From the NCBI GenBank assembly GCA_038087875.1, contig CM075990.1, forward strand, positions 2,358,001-2,422,000: DNA of 64,000 nucleotides, read 5' to 3'. A program made the position numbers and the translations under genes. Under the pieces are notes generated by a model that was not told the origin of the DNA, did not search any database, and was given only the letters and a program-made list of their open reading frames with translations. The DNA is from Malacoraja senta. Its lineage: Eukaryota. Within the stretch, counting starts at the first letter, position 1. Each line of letters begins with the position of its first letter. This document shows, piece after piece, positions 52,330 through 64,000 of this stretch.

Positions 52330-52520
52330 GAAACCGTCTGCAATGAAATCATTAACATTGCAGAAAAATCCGTTCACTACTGCAGTAACCTGTCCCACCC
52401 ACTGCACTCTCTCCACAAGGTGTCTGCCCATGACAGTAAACAGTCTCTCATCATTTCTCACCAACCTCAGGGGCAACAGCGAGGAGGCAGCCTAGAGCGG
52501 GCCCACACTCCAACGACCCT
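52330..52520 (+). CDS. SORBS1: SORBS1 exon preceding SH3-3 (ETVCNEIINIAEKSVHYCS...SLIISHQPQGQQRGGSLERAHTPTT-L); 5' boundary uncertain
   Basis: GTAAGT donor at 52521 in phase 2, matching the next exon. TGTCAG acceptor at 52329, with an in-frame alternative CAG at 52470. QPQGQQR resembles SORBS1 QPQAQQRR. Confidence 0.75.
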
Positions 52521-52556
52521 GTAAGTACTCTCTACATCTCCTTCATTGTTTGGTGG

Positions 52557-52860
52557 TGGCGGCACGGTGGTGCAGCGGTAGAGTCGTTGCCTCACCGCGC
52601 CAGAGACCCGGGCTCGATCCTGACCACGGGTGCTGGTTTTGTACGTTCTCCCCGTGACCCGCGTGGGTTTTCTCCGAGAACTTCGGTTTCCTCCCGCACT
52701 CCAAAGACATCCAGGTCTGTAGGTTAATTGGCTTGGTGTGTGTGTAAAAACTGTCCCCAGTGTGTGTAGGGTAGTGTTAATGTGCGGGGATCGCTGGTTG
52801 GCGCGGACTCAGTGGGCTGAAGGGCCTGTTTCTGTACTGTATCTCTAAACTAAACTAAAA
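52557..52860 (+). mobile_element. HE1-like V-SINE
   Basis: Full-length copy just downstream of an exon donor. Confidence 0.87.
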
Positions 52861-52877
52861 TCATCGTCTGCTTTCGT

Positions 52878-53518
52878 AAGTTCATGTTCAAAATTGATAG
52901 GAGCAGAATTAGGCCATTCGGCCCATCATATCTACTCCGCCATTCCATCATGCCTAATCAATCATTCTCTCTCAATTCTCCCACCTTCTTCCCATAACCC
53001 CTCACACCCGTACTAATCAAGAATCTATCTATATCTATCTTAAAAATATCCATTGACTTGGCTTCCACAGCCTTCTGTGGCAATGAATTCCACAGATTCA
53101 CCACCCTCTGACTAAAGAAATTCCTCTCCTTTCTAAAGCGATGTCCTTTAATTCTATGGCTATGACATATGGTCCTAGACTCTCCCACTAGTGGAAACAT
53201 CCTCTGCACATCCACTCTATCCAAGCCTTTCACTATTTGGTAATTTTCAATGACGTTCCTCCTCATCCTTCTAAAGTCCAGTGAGTACAGGCCCATGGCC
53301 GTCAAACGCTCTTCATATGTTAACCCACTCCTTCCTGGGATCATTCTCGTAAACATCCTCTGGACCCTCTCCAGAGCCAGCATGTCATTCCTCAGACATG
53401 GTGCCCAAAATTGCTCCCAATACTCCAAATGTGGTCTGACCAGCGCCTCATAGAGCCTCAGCATTACATCCCTGTTTTTGTATTCTAGTCCTCATGAAAT
53501 AAATGCTAGCATTGCGTT
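52878..53518 (-). mobile_element. CR1-type LINE 3' fragment
   Basis: MLRLYEALVRPHLEYWEQFWAP...FFSQRVVNLWNSLP. Confidence 0.9.
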
Positions 53519-54487
53519 GATCTGTCGTTTTCACACCTTACCCTTCCATATCTCTAGTTTCCCTCTCCTTGGCTCTCAGTCTGAAGAAGGGTCTCAACCC
53601 GAAAGGTCATCCACTCCTTCTCTACAGAGATACTGCCTGGCCCGCTGAGTTACCCCAGCTTTTTGTGCCTGTCCTGTAAGTATCCAGGCAAGGACCATCC
53701 AATCCATGTTCGCACCTGTAGCAAACTGGACTAGGTTTAAGTGGGTTATTGGAATGAAGTGCCTCTCACTGTGATAACGTTCCTATGCCCCCGAGAGAAC
53801 TGATCCTCAGAATAATGCAGAAGATAGACACAAAATGCTGGAGTAACTCAAAGGACAAAGGTCAAAGGACAAAGGACATTTATTGTCACATACACCTATT
53901 GGTGTAGTGAAATTTGAGTTGCCATTTGCAGCAAAACCAATAAAAATATAACACAACATTAAAGAAGAATTTAACATTAAACATAAAATCATCCCCCCAC
54001 AATAGTTCCCACTGTGAGGGAAGGCAGCAAAGTCCAGTCCACTTCCTCTTGTTCACCCCGTGGTCGGGGCCTATTTGGGCCTAACTCGATAAAACCGTTG
54101 CAAAAATATGCCCCACCATTTTGACGATTGGATATTTTCTACAGAAAATGAAGCCTACGAGGGGGAGAGGCATTTGCTCCTTCATCTTTGTGATGTGGTG
54201 AGGGTGGATCTAGGGGCCAGATGAAACAAAGCCGGGTGGAATCCTTATCTTTACTGGAGGTGAGGTGAGGATGTGGCTCCCACACCTGATGTGGTTGTGG
54301 CGACCGACACTGAGGCTTGTCAGAGGAAGAGGAATGAACACGAGAAGTAGAGCAAGGACGACACGACACGATAGAATTTTTTTTTAAATCTCAGGTGGGA
54401 AATTGATCTGCCAACAGTCATAAAAACACAAGATCCATGAAATACATGAAAGTAGATAGAGCGTTGAAGAAGGCATATGATCAGCTT

Positions 54488-54656
54488 ACGATTGCGGACA
54501 TCCAGACCAGACCATCCCACACATCGTGAATGACTGCCCACTGAGGCTTTTCCCTGGTGGCATCAACGCCATCCACCCAGTAACTGATGCTGTCCTGGCC
54601 TGGATGTCTACCCTTGACCTACAACTTTAGGCTGTGCACGCCTTGCGCAAGAAGAA
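54488..54656 (+). mobile_element. Short Vingi/RTE-X-like 3' end with GAA tail
   Basis: DCGHPDQTIPHIVNDCPLR..LDLQL* then gcgcaagaagaa. Flanks GATCAGCTT / GATCTGCTT resemble a TSD. Confidence 0.65.
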
Positions 54657-55647
54657 GATCTGCTTGCTCTCATAGATCAGGACATTGAGTACAAGAGCCA
54701 AGAAGCCATGATGCAGCTTTGTACCACTTTGGCTAGAGTATTGGGTGCAGTTAAGGTCGCCCCATTACAGGAAGTATTTTTAGTTTAGTTTAGAGATACA
54801 GCGCGGAAACAGGCCCTTCGGCCCACAGAGTCCACACCAACCAACGATCACTGCACACTGAAGAAGGGATCGACCCGATACGTCATCCATTCCTTTGCTC
54901 CATAGATGCTGCCTCACCCGCTGAGTTTCTCCAGGATTTTTGTCTACTACCGCACGCTAATGCTATCCTACACACACAGGGGATAATTTAAAATTAGACC
55001 AAGCCAATTAACCTACAAACCTGTACCTCTTTGGAGTGTGGGAGGAAACTAGAGTTCCCGGAGAAAATCCACGCAGGTCACGGGGAGAACGTATGAACTT
55101 TGTACAGACAAGCGCCCGTGGTCAGGATCAAACCCGGGTCTCTGGCGTTGTAAGGCAGCAACTCTACCGCTGTGCCACCATGCCGCCCTATGCGAAGGCT
55201 TTGGAACGGGTAAAGAGGAGGTTTATCGGAATGGTGCCTGAATTAGGGGGGCATTAGCTACAGAGGTGTTGGACAGAAATAGTCGGGGTGGGGTGAAGGA
55301 TAATGGTGGGGGGGGGAGTGGTATTGCCCTATTGTGATATTGGGAGAAATGGTTTGCAGATCTAAGTGGGGTACAGGGAAGACAGGGGGGAGAAACAGGG
55401 AGGGTGATTGTTGGTTAGTTAGCTGACCAACTGCATCGATCCGATCAGGTGCAGCACTTTAATTATAGAGTGATTCAGCGTGGGAACAGGCCTTTCGGCC
55501 CAATTTGCCCATGCTGACCAACATGTCCCAGCTACACCAGTCCCACTTGACCGTGCCTGGCCCATATCCCTCCAAACCTGTCCAATCCGTGTACCTTTCT
55601 CAATGGACTTTCTCGAGTTAAATGTGTGGAATGTTTTTTTCCCCCAG

Positions 55648-55754
55648 ATTCCAAGCACTGTACAGCTACATCCCACAGAATGAAGATGAGTTGGAGCTAC
55701 AGGAAGGCGACGTGGTTGATGTGATGGAAAAGTGCGATGATGGCTGGTTTGTCG
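55648..55754 (+). CDS. SORBS1: SORBS1 exon: SH3-3 ([36 protein letters not shown])
   Basis: TTTTCCCCCAG acceptor, G|GTGAG donor, phase 2 to 1. Near-identical to the third SH3 domain of SORBS1. Confidence 0.97.
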
Positions 55755-57184
55755 GTGAGCACGGGGTCTTTCCCGAACAGGAGATGTCCGCTCCGAGGGT
55801 GGTGGGTGTGTGGAACGGGCTGCCAGAGGAGGTAGTTGAGGCAGGTCACAGAGTCATACAGCATAGAAACAGGCCCTTCAGCCCAACTTGCCCACATCGG
55901 CCAACATGTTCCATCTACACTAGTCCCACCTGCCTACCTTTGGCCCATATCCCTCCAAACCTGTCCTATCCATGTACCTATCTACCTGTTTCTTAAACAT
56001 TGGGATAGTCGTAGCCTCAACTACATCCCCCAGCAGCTCGTTCCATACACCCACCACCCTTTGAGTGAAAAAGTTAACCCTCAGGTTCCTATTAAATCTT
56101 TCCCCCTTCACCTTTGAACCTATGTCATCTGGTCCTGGATTCCCCTACTCTGGGCAAGAGACCCTGTGTGTCTTCCCGATCTATTCCTTAAACACATGTA
56201 CTATAATGGCATTTAAAATACACCAATATCATTAGGGGAATAGATAGGGTGAATGCACAGAATCTTTTAACCAGAGTAGGGGAATCAAGACAAGAGGACA
56301 TAGGTTTAAGGTGAGAGGGGGAAAGATTTAATAGGAACGTGAGGGGTAGCTTTTTCACACAGAGATTAGTGGGAATATGGAAGGAGCTGCCAGAGGAGGT
56401 GGTTGTGCCAGATACTGTAACACATTTAAATGACATTTGGACATCTACAAGGATAGGAGCAGTTTAAAGGGATGTGGACGAAAAGCAGGCAGATGAGACT
56501 AGCTTAGCTGGGGCATCTTGGTCAGCATGGGCAGGTTGGGCCGAAGGGCCTGTTTCCATACTGTGTGACTATGTTTCCATGACTCTAGTAGGGGAATCAA
56601 GATGTTTTGGGTCGAGTCCCTTCTTCAGACAGGGATATGAATGGAATGGAGGGATCTGGGTCACTTGCAGGCACAAGAGATTAGCTTACCTTGGCATCGG
56701 GGTGGCACGGTGGCGCAGCGGTAGAGTTGCTGCTTTACAGCAGCAGAGACCCGGGTTCGATCCTGACTACACGTGCTGTCTGTACGGAGTTTGTACGTTC
56801 TCCCCGTGACCTGCGTGGGTTTTCTCTGAGATCTTCAGTTTCCTCCCACACTCCAAAGGCGTACATGTTTGTAGGTTAATTGGCTTCTGTAAAAATTGTG
56901 TGTAGGATAGTGCTAGAGTACGGGCATCGCTGGTCAGTGCCGACTCAGTGGGCTGAAGGGCCTGCTTCCATACTGTATCTCTAAACTAAACTAAAATAAA
57001 TATAATGATCAGAACTGCACCCAATACTCTAAATTCGACCGAACCAAAGATGTATAAAGCTGCATCATGGCTTCTTGACTCTTATACTCAGTGCCCCGAG
57101 CTATGAAAACTGGCAGGTCACATGCCTTCTTTACCGCTCTATCTACCTATGTTGCCTTCTCGTATTTATTCATCTTCCTCTTAC

Positions 57185-58295
57185 AAGCATGTGTTCAGTT
57201 GTGTTCAGTTCTGGGCACCATGTTATTGGAAAGATATTGTCAAGCTTGAAAGGGTTCAGAGAAGATTTATGAGGATGTTGCCAGGACTAGAGGGTCCGAT
57301 CTATCGTGAGAGGTTGATTAGGCTGGGTCTCTATTCCTTGGAGCACAGGAGGATGATGCACAGAGGATTTGTGTATAGGAGCAGGGAGGTTCTACTGCAG
57401 TTGTACAGGGTCTTGGGGAGACCACACCTGGAGTATTGCGTACAGTTTTGGTCTCCAAATCTGAGGAAAGACATTCTTGCCATAGAGGGAGTACAGAGAA
57501 GGTTCACCAGACTGATTCCTGGGATGTCAGGACTTTCATCTGAAGAAAGACTGGATAGACTCGGCTTGTACTCGCTAGAATTTAGAAGATTGAGGGGGGA
57601 TCTTATAGAAACGTACAAAATTCTTAAGGGGTTGGACAGGCTAGATGCAGGAAGATTGTTCCCGATGTTGGGGAAGTCCAGGACAAGGAGTCACAGTTTA
57701 AGGATAAGGGGGAAATCTTTTAGGACCGAGATGAGAAAAACATTTTTCACACAGAGAGTGGTGAATCTCTGGAATTCTCTGCCACAGAAGGTAGTTGAGG
57801 CCAGTTCATTGGCTATATTTAAGAGGAAGTTAGATGTGGCCCTTGTGGCTAAAGGGATCAGGGGGTATGGAGAGAAGGCAGGTACAGGATACTGAGTTGG
57901 ATGATCAGCCATGATCATATTGAATGGCAGTGCAGGCTCGAAGGGCCGAATGGCCTACTCCTGCACCTATTTTCTATGTTTCTATGTCTCTTGCCCAGAG
58001 TAGGGGAATCGAGGACCAGAGGACATAGGTTCAAGGTGAAGGGGAAAAGATTTAATAGGAATCTGAGGGGTAACCTTTTCACACAGGGGGTGGTGGGTGT
58101 ATGGAACAAGCTGCCAGAGGAGGTAGTTGAGGCAGGGACTATCCAAACGTTTAAGAAACAGTTAGGCAGGTACAAGTTTGGAGGGTATATGGGCCAAACG
58201 CGGGCAGGTGGGACTAGTGTTCCTGGGACATGTTGGCCGGTGTCGGCAGGTTGGGCCGAAGGGCATGTTTCCACACTGTATCACTCTATGACTCC
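57185..58295 (+). mobile_element. Nested CR1-type LINE 3' fragments
   Basis: A younger CR1 fragment (~57360-57988) lies inside an older one. Repeated VQFW.P and QRVV..WN.LP motifs. Confidence 0.88.
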
Positions 58296-58614
58296 AGCAT
58301 CTTCCCCACTACTGATGTCAGGCTAACTGGTCTATAATTCCCTGTTTTCCCTCTCCCTCCTTTCCTCTGTTTGTATGTTAATTGGCTTGATATAAATGTA
58401 TAATTGTCCCTAGTGTGTGTAGGATAGTGTTGGTGTGCGGGTATCGTTGGTCAGTGCGGACTCTGTGGGCTGAAGGGCCTGTTTCCACTCTGTATCTCTA
58501 AACTACACGAAAAAGAATCATGTGCGGCAGAGCCATTGTGGGCCGAATGGCCTGTCTCTGTGCTGTATCATTCTGTGTTCATCCGGACTGACTGTGCTTT
58601 TGCTCCTGCTACAG

Positions 58615-58682
58615 GGACATCCAGAAGAACCAGGCAGTTTGGCACGTTTCCAGGCAACTATGTCAAGCCTTTGAATTTGTAG
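58615..58682 (+). CDS. SORBS1: SORBS1 terminal coding exon (GTSRRTRQFGTFPGNYVKPLNL*)
   Basis: CTACAG acceptor in phase 1, TAG at 58680-58682. Matches the SORBS1 C-terminus GTSRRTKQFGTFPGNYVKPLYL. Confidence 0.97.
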
Positions 58683-58840
58683 AACGCGGGCTTGGCGGTG
58701 AACATGCGGCGATCCAACGCTTGCTTTGACACGGGTGGAGGTTCCCTCAGCAGTGGGGTAGTCTGAACAGCGCATCGCAGTCTGTAGCCTGGCATAAAAC
58801 GTTCTGCTTGCTGTACAAAGGGTCTTTACTTTACCTGAAC

Positions 58841-59422
58841 TAGGGTTGCCAACTTTCTCACTCCCAAATAAGGGGCAAAATAAGGGACAAATTCCCGACG
58901 GAAATTCGTTGACAGACTCGGCCGTGGCTGGGTGAATGATGAGTTGGCCCGGGTGCTGGACTGCACACAAAGCCCAGCCGGTGGGCCAGCTGAGGAGTTT
59001 TGGGCTGGGCGCCAGACTTTGAGCGCGACATGGCGCGGCCCCGGCCAAAACTCCTCAGCTGACCCGCCAGCTGGGCTTTAGTGTTCTGTTGCACGCACCC
59101 CATCCAACTCATGAACCGATGATCGGCCATGAGAAGGAGGGGTGGTGGTGGTGTCGGCGGTAGTAAGCGAAGGTCCGAAGGTCGGACAGCTGTCCGGGCT
59201 GCCGACCGACGGGGCCACTGGCGAGGTGCTGTGGCTGCACTCCATGGGCTGCACTATGTCGGGACGGGTGAGGCGGGGCCTGACACGGTGCTCCGACCCG
59301 AAAGTCCCCTCGACCAGAGTAGTAGCAGTCAAATATGGGGCAAGGGCGGTCCCGTATGGGACAAACCAATTTAGCCCAATATACGGGATGTCCCGGCTAA
59401 TATGGGACAGTTGGCAACCCTA
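58841..59422. mobile_element. Non-autonomous hAT-like element in the SORBS1 3' UTR
   Basis: TIR TAGGGTTGCCAACT / AGTTGGCAACCCTA. Perfect 8-bp TSD ACCTGAAC at 58833-58840 and 59423-59430. Confidence 0.93.
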
Positions 59423-60988
59423 ACCTGAACACACGTGGAGTGCACTGGCTAAGAGAGAAGGCGTGAGTGGTACGTTAGCGAAGGTCGTGAGTTTGCTGAC
59501 TGTGGGTGTGTGTGCATTGGCCATCGTGTGGTCTCAGGGGGAGGGGAACAGAAAGGGAGACGGGACAGGGTTCCCTGTCCAAAGGGGAAATCAAACACCC
59601 ATATTGGTGAAGATAGGCACGAAAAGCTGGAGTAACTCAGCGGGACACACATCTCAGGAGAGAGGGAATGGGTAGACGTTTCATTTCGAGAACCTGTCCC
59701 ACTGAGTTAGTCCAGCTTTTTGTGTCTCCCTTCGGCTTAAACCTGCATCTGCAGTTCCTTCCTGCCCATGTTGGCGTGAAGCCCGATCTCTCTCTTCATC
59801 CTGCCCTCCTCCCTGCCCACGTGTCGAGAGTCCGATGGCCACCGAGACAATGTTGAGAGGTTTAACGGGCATGTGTAATGGTGTGCAGCCAGGGGTCTGA
59901 AGGGAGAAGGAGTGTGGTTAGAAGCGGAGCTTCACTAACGATGACAACGGGAATGGATATATTAAAACCCAAAGCATTTACAGCCAACACCCTTCGTTTA
60001 TTGCCGGATGCAGTGTCCGATCCTCTGAGAAACCTCTCCCTTTTCACCCTCACATTTAAAAAAAATTGCTTTACTAAAGAAGTTAGAAATGACTGATTAT
60101 CCGCAGCAAAAGCTTTTCCCTGTACCTCGGTACAGGTGTCAAATAAACTAAGCTGAATTAAGTTAACACACACACGTAAGCAAAAGACTCACCTCCATCC
60201 CCCAGCTGAGATGCACTGCTCTTGTGACAAATTACCGCCGTTATATTCTTGAGTTGATGCTCGGATTGAACAAGTTTCTTCCACAGTGGACTTTGAGCTG
60301 CGACACCTCCTATTTTTCAGCTTCACAATCTATAAATATAAATATACATATATATATATATATATTTTAAAAAAAAAGAATAAGCACACCCTTTTTCCCC
60401 TCACCAAAGGGAATTAACCCAATGCTGGGATGCAACTATGTGTAAAAGTGTACATTTGATTTTTGTATAAAACCCGTGTACTTATCCTGTATAGAAAATA
60501 ATTTAACATAAAGGAATTTAAATGGCGGACAGAATGGAGCATCACTCTCTGCGGAGCTCTTGAATTTTACAGCTGATATGAGAGGAAAGGGAAGTTGGTG
60601 CATTGAGTGTAAAGGCAGGAACTCTACCGCTTACATGGAACCGTAGAAAAGAAACTTGGCAAGAACACAGCCCGATGGAAACGATATCTTTCAACCAACG
60701 CCAGCCCCTGGGGGATTTCCTTCTTGACTATGTCCAGGAAATTCGCTTGCAAAACCACTTCTTTGCCTTTTTGTTTTCGGCAGGCCGGCAGTGAATCACT
60801 GAGACTAAGTAACATGAGTGTATGTAATCCAACACTATCATGCCTTTATTTACCATTCTTTTGTGAGCAACTGACCTTTATAACCAGACATCTTGCGTTG
60901 AGCGATTTTTTTTTTTTTTTTTTTTTTGCAGTGCTTCATGGTTCGATAAGAAGATAAGAGCTTTATTACTGCTGTGGTTACAATATTT

Positions 60989-60994
60989 AATAAA
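60989..60994 (+). promoter_or_regulatory. Candidate polyadenylation signal AATAAA
   Basis: Canonical hexamer at the end of the unique UTR block, with TG/T-rich sequence downstream. Confidence 0.6.
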
Positions 60995-61134
60995 CTTTAT
61001 TCAAGCCACTTGTCTGCTTCAGTGTTTCACAACCTCCTTGTCTTTGGAGGCTTCAAGCGACGGTGGTAGGTCAACTGAGTCTGTCAGTTGTCCAGTTTAG
61101 TTTAGTTTATAAGGTCCGTTCCTGTGGATTGGAA

Positions 61135-62456
61135 GTCCATTCCTGTGGGATTGGAGGGTAGCTAATGTTATCCCACTTTTTAAGAAAAGCTGGAGAGAGA
61201 AACAGGGAATTATAGACCAGTTAGCCTGACATCGGTGGTGAGGGAAGATGCTGGAGTCCAATTATAAAAGCTGAAATAGCCACACATTTGGATAGCAGTA
61301 ACAGGCTCGGTCCGAGTCAGCATGGATTTACGAAGGGGAAATCATGCTCGACTAATCTTCTGGAATTTTTTGAGGATGTAACTCTGAAAATGGACAAGGG
61401 AGAGCCAGTGGATGTAGTGTACCTGGACTTTCAGAAAGCATTTGATAAGGTCCCACATAGGAGATTAGTGGGCAAAATTAGGGCACATGGTATTGGGGGT
61501 AGAGTGCTGACATGGATAGAAAATGGTTGGCAGACAGGAAACAAAGAGTAGGGATTAACGGGTCCCTTTTCAGAATGGCAGGCAGTGACTAGTGGGGTAC
61601 CGCAAGGCTCGGTGCTGGGACCGCAGCTATTTACAATATACATCAATGATTGGATGAAGGATTCAAAGTACATTAGCAAATTTGCAGATGACACAAAGCT
61701 GGGTGACAGTGTGAACTGTGAGGAGGATGCTATGAGAATGCAGGGTGACTTGGACAGGTTGGGTGAGAGCAGATGCATGACAGATGAAGTTAATGCGGAT
61801 AAATGTGAGGTTATCCACTTTGGTAGCAAAACAGGAAGGCAGATTATTACCTAAATGGCGTCAAGTTGGGAAAAGGGGAAGTACAACGAGATCTGGGAGT
61901 CCTTGTACATCAGTCTATGAAAGTAAGCATGCAGGTACAGCAGGTAGTGAAGAAAGCGAATGGCATGTTGGCCTTTATAATGAGGAATCGAATATAGGAG
62001 CAAAGAGGTCCTTCTGCAGTTGTATGCTGAGAGAATGGAGCAGCTGGGCTTGTACACTCTGGAGTTTAGAAGGATGAGATGGGATCACATTGAAACATAT
62101 AAGATTGTTAAGGGCTTGGACACGCTAGAGGCAGGAAACATGTTCCCGATGTTGGGGGAGTCCAGAACCAGGGGCCACAGTTTAAGAATAAGGAGTAAGC
62201 CATTTAGAACGGAGAAGAGGAAACACTTTTTCTCACAGAGAGTGGTGAGTCTGTGGAATTCTCTGCCTCAGAGGGCGGTGGAGGCAGGTTCTCTGGATGC
62301 TTTCAAGAGAGAGCTAGATAGGGCTCTTAAAAATAGCGGAGTCAGGGGATATGGGGTGAAGGCAGGAACGGGGTACTGATTGGGGATGATCAGCCATGAT
62401 CACATTGAATGGCTCGAAGGGCCGAATGGCCTACTCCTGCACCTATTGTCTATTGT
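61135..62456 (+). mobile_element. CR1-type LINE fragment with RT domain (frameshifted)
   Basis: SQHGFTKGKSCSTNLLEFF, VYLDFQKAFDKVPH, SGVPQGSVLGP, KFADDTKLG. Confidence 0.95.
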
Positions 62457-63379
62457 CATGTGATAGGAGCAGAATTAGGCCATTCGGCCCATGTACTCTG
62501 CCATTCAATCATCAGTTATCTATCAATCCATCTATCAATCCATCTATCTAGCCATCCATCCATCCATCCATCCCAACACCTCACTCCTATCCTCATCCTC
62601 CTGCTTTTTCCGATAATCCCTGACATTCCCATAACTTGTGTAGAAAAGACACAGTGTGGAAACAGGCTCTTCGTCCCACCGAGTCCCCGCCGACCAGCGA
62701 TTACCACGCTGGGCTGTCATGGTGGCGCAGCGGTAGAGTTGCTGCCTTACAGCGAAAGCAGCGCCGGAGACCTGGGTTCGATCCTGACTACGGGTGCTGT
62801 CTGTACGGAGTTTGTACGTTCTCCCCGTGATCTGCGTGGGTTTTCTCATGCTTCGGTTTCCTCCCACTCCAAAGAGTGGGTTGATAAAAATGCTGGAGAA
62901 ACTCAGCGGGTGAGGCAGCATCTATTGAGCGAAGGAGTAGGTGACGCCTCGAGTAGAGACCCTTCTCTACGACCACATCTTAACCCAGACCCGTTATCAC
63001 AGCCACGTTTGCTTTCTCTACGACCAAAGAGTGGGTTTGTAGGTTAATTGGCTTGGTAAATGTAAAAATTGTCCCTAGTGGGTGTAGGATAGTGTTAATG
63101 TGCGGGGATCGCTGGTCGGCGCGGACCCGGTCGGCTGTAGGGCCTGTTTCCGCGCTGTATCTGTAAACATATCTCTAAACCCCGTACACTAGCACGATCC
63201 TACACTAGGGACAATTTACAAATTTTACTGATGCCAATAAACCTTCAAACCTGTGTCGGAAGGAACTGCAGATGCTGGTCTACACCGAGGATAGACACAA
63301 AATGCTGGAATAACTCAGCGGGTCAGGCAGCATCTCTGGATAAAAGAAATAGGTGGTGTTTCGGTCTGAAAAAATCATA

Positions 63380-63960
63380 CCGCTGGGGTGTAAGCTGCCC
63401 AAGAAAAATATGAGGTACTGTTCCTCCAAGGATAGAAAGGTCGGTATAGGAATGGGAGAGGGAGTTAAAGTGTTTGGCAACCGAGAAATAATGTAGGCCA
63501 AGTCGGACTGAGCGGAGGTGTTCCGTGAAACGATCACCGAGCCTGCGCTTGGTCTCTCTGATATATAGAAGTCCACACCTGGACAGCGGATGCAGCAGAT
63601 GAGGTTGGAGGAGGTGCAATAGAACCTCTGCCTAACCTGAAAGGACTGTTGGGGTCCTTGGACAGAGTTGAGGGGAGAGGTAAAGGGACAGGTGTTGCAT
63701 CTCCTGCAATTGCAGGAGAAATTACCTGGGGAGGGGATGGTTTGGGTGGGACGGGACGAGTGAACCAGAGAGTTGCGGAGGGAATGGTCTCTGCAGAAAG
63801 CGGAAATGGGTGGAGATGGGAAGATGTGACAAGAGGTGGTATCCCGTTGGAGGTGGCAAAAATGTCGGGGGATTATGTGCTGCATGCGACGGCTGGTGGG
63901 GTGGAAGGTGAAGACTAGGGGGATTCTGTGTCGGTGCAAGATGTTGCTGAGTGATGCCGA
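63380..63960 (-). mobile_element. Penelope-like element remnant (GIY-YIG region)
   Basis: CNCRRCNTCPFT, CTSSNLICCIRC, CGLLYIRETKRRLGDRFTEHLRSV. Confidence 0.87.
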
Positions 63961-64000
63961 GGGCTACCTGCAGGTGGCAGCACCTGCAATGCAGTGGCAC

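Larger units (their letters stand above)
58683..61015 (+). other. SORBS1: Inferred SORBS1 3' UTR
   Basis: Follows the stop codon. Mostly unique, AT-rich distal part, AATAAA at 60989, then GT-rich sequence and a return to LINE repeats at ~61.1 kb. Confidence 0.6.

Noticed and set aside
57122..57895. 257-aa ORF
   Set aside because: Chance in-frame fusion of two nested CR1 fragments.

Overview
Eukaryotic, repeat-dense genomic DNA. The repeat content (HE1-like V-SINEs, CR1 and Rex/Babar LINEs, Penelope-like elements) points to a cartilaginous fish, probably a skate or ray; this is inferred. The window holds the 3' half of a + strand SORBS1 (CAP/ponsin) gene. It has about ten recognisable coding exons from 5530 to the stop at 58682, including SH3 domains 2 and 3 and large alternative exons, then a ~2.3 kb 3' UTR ending near AATAAA at 60989. 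The exons for SH3 domain 1 are not visible and probably lie in the 200-N gap at 34303-34502. Several exons carry 1-bp indels, those I could localise lying in short C/G runs, most likely consensus errors. The introns are a mosaic of nested mobile elements: SINEs, LINE fragments, fold-back PIF/Harbinger-type MITEs with TWA target duplications, and two hAT-type elements with 8-bp target duplications, one of them inside the 3' UTR. The most notable non-coding signals are three: (i) many dispersed Penelope-derived terminal repeats carrying a minimal hammerhead-ribozyme-like motif, (ii) a degenerate HDV-like ribozyme fold at ~13.8 kb, and (iii) a 13-bp minisatellite present in both orientations, with one array converted into an E-box cluster. 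Almost all ORFs in the supplied track are repeat-derived or spurious. Protein family assignments rest on my recall of the families, not on a database search.
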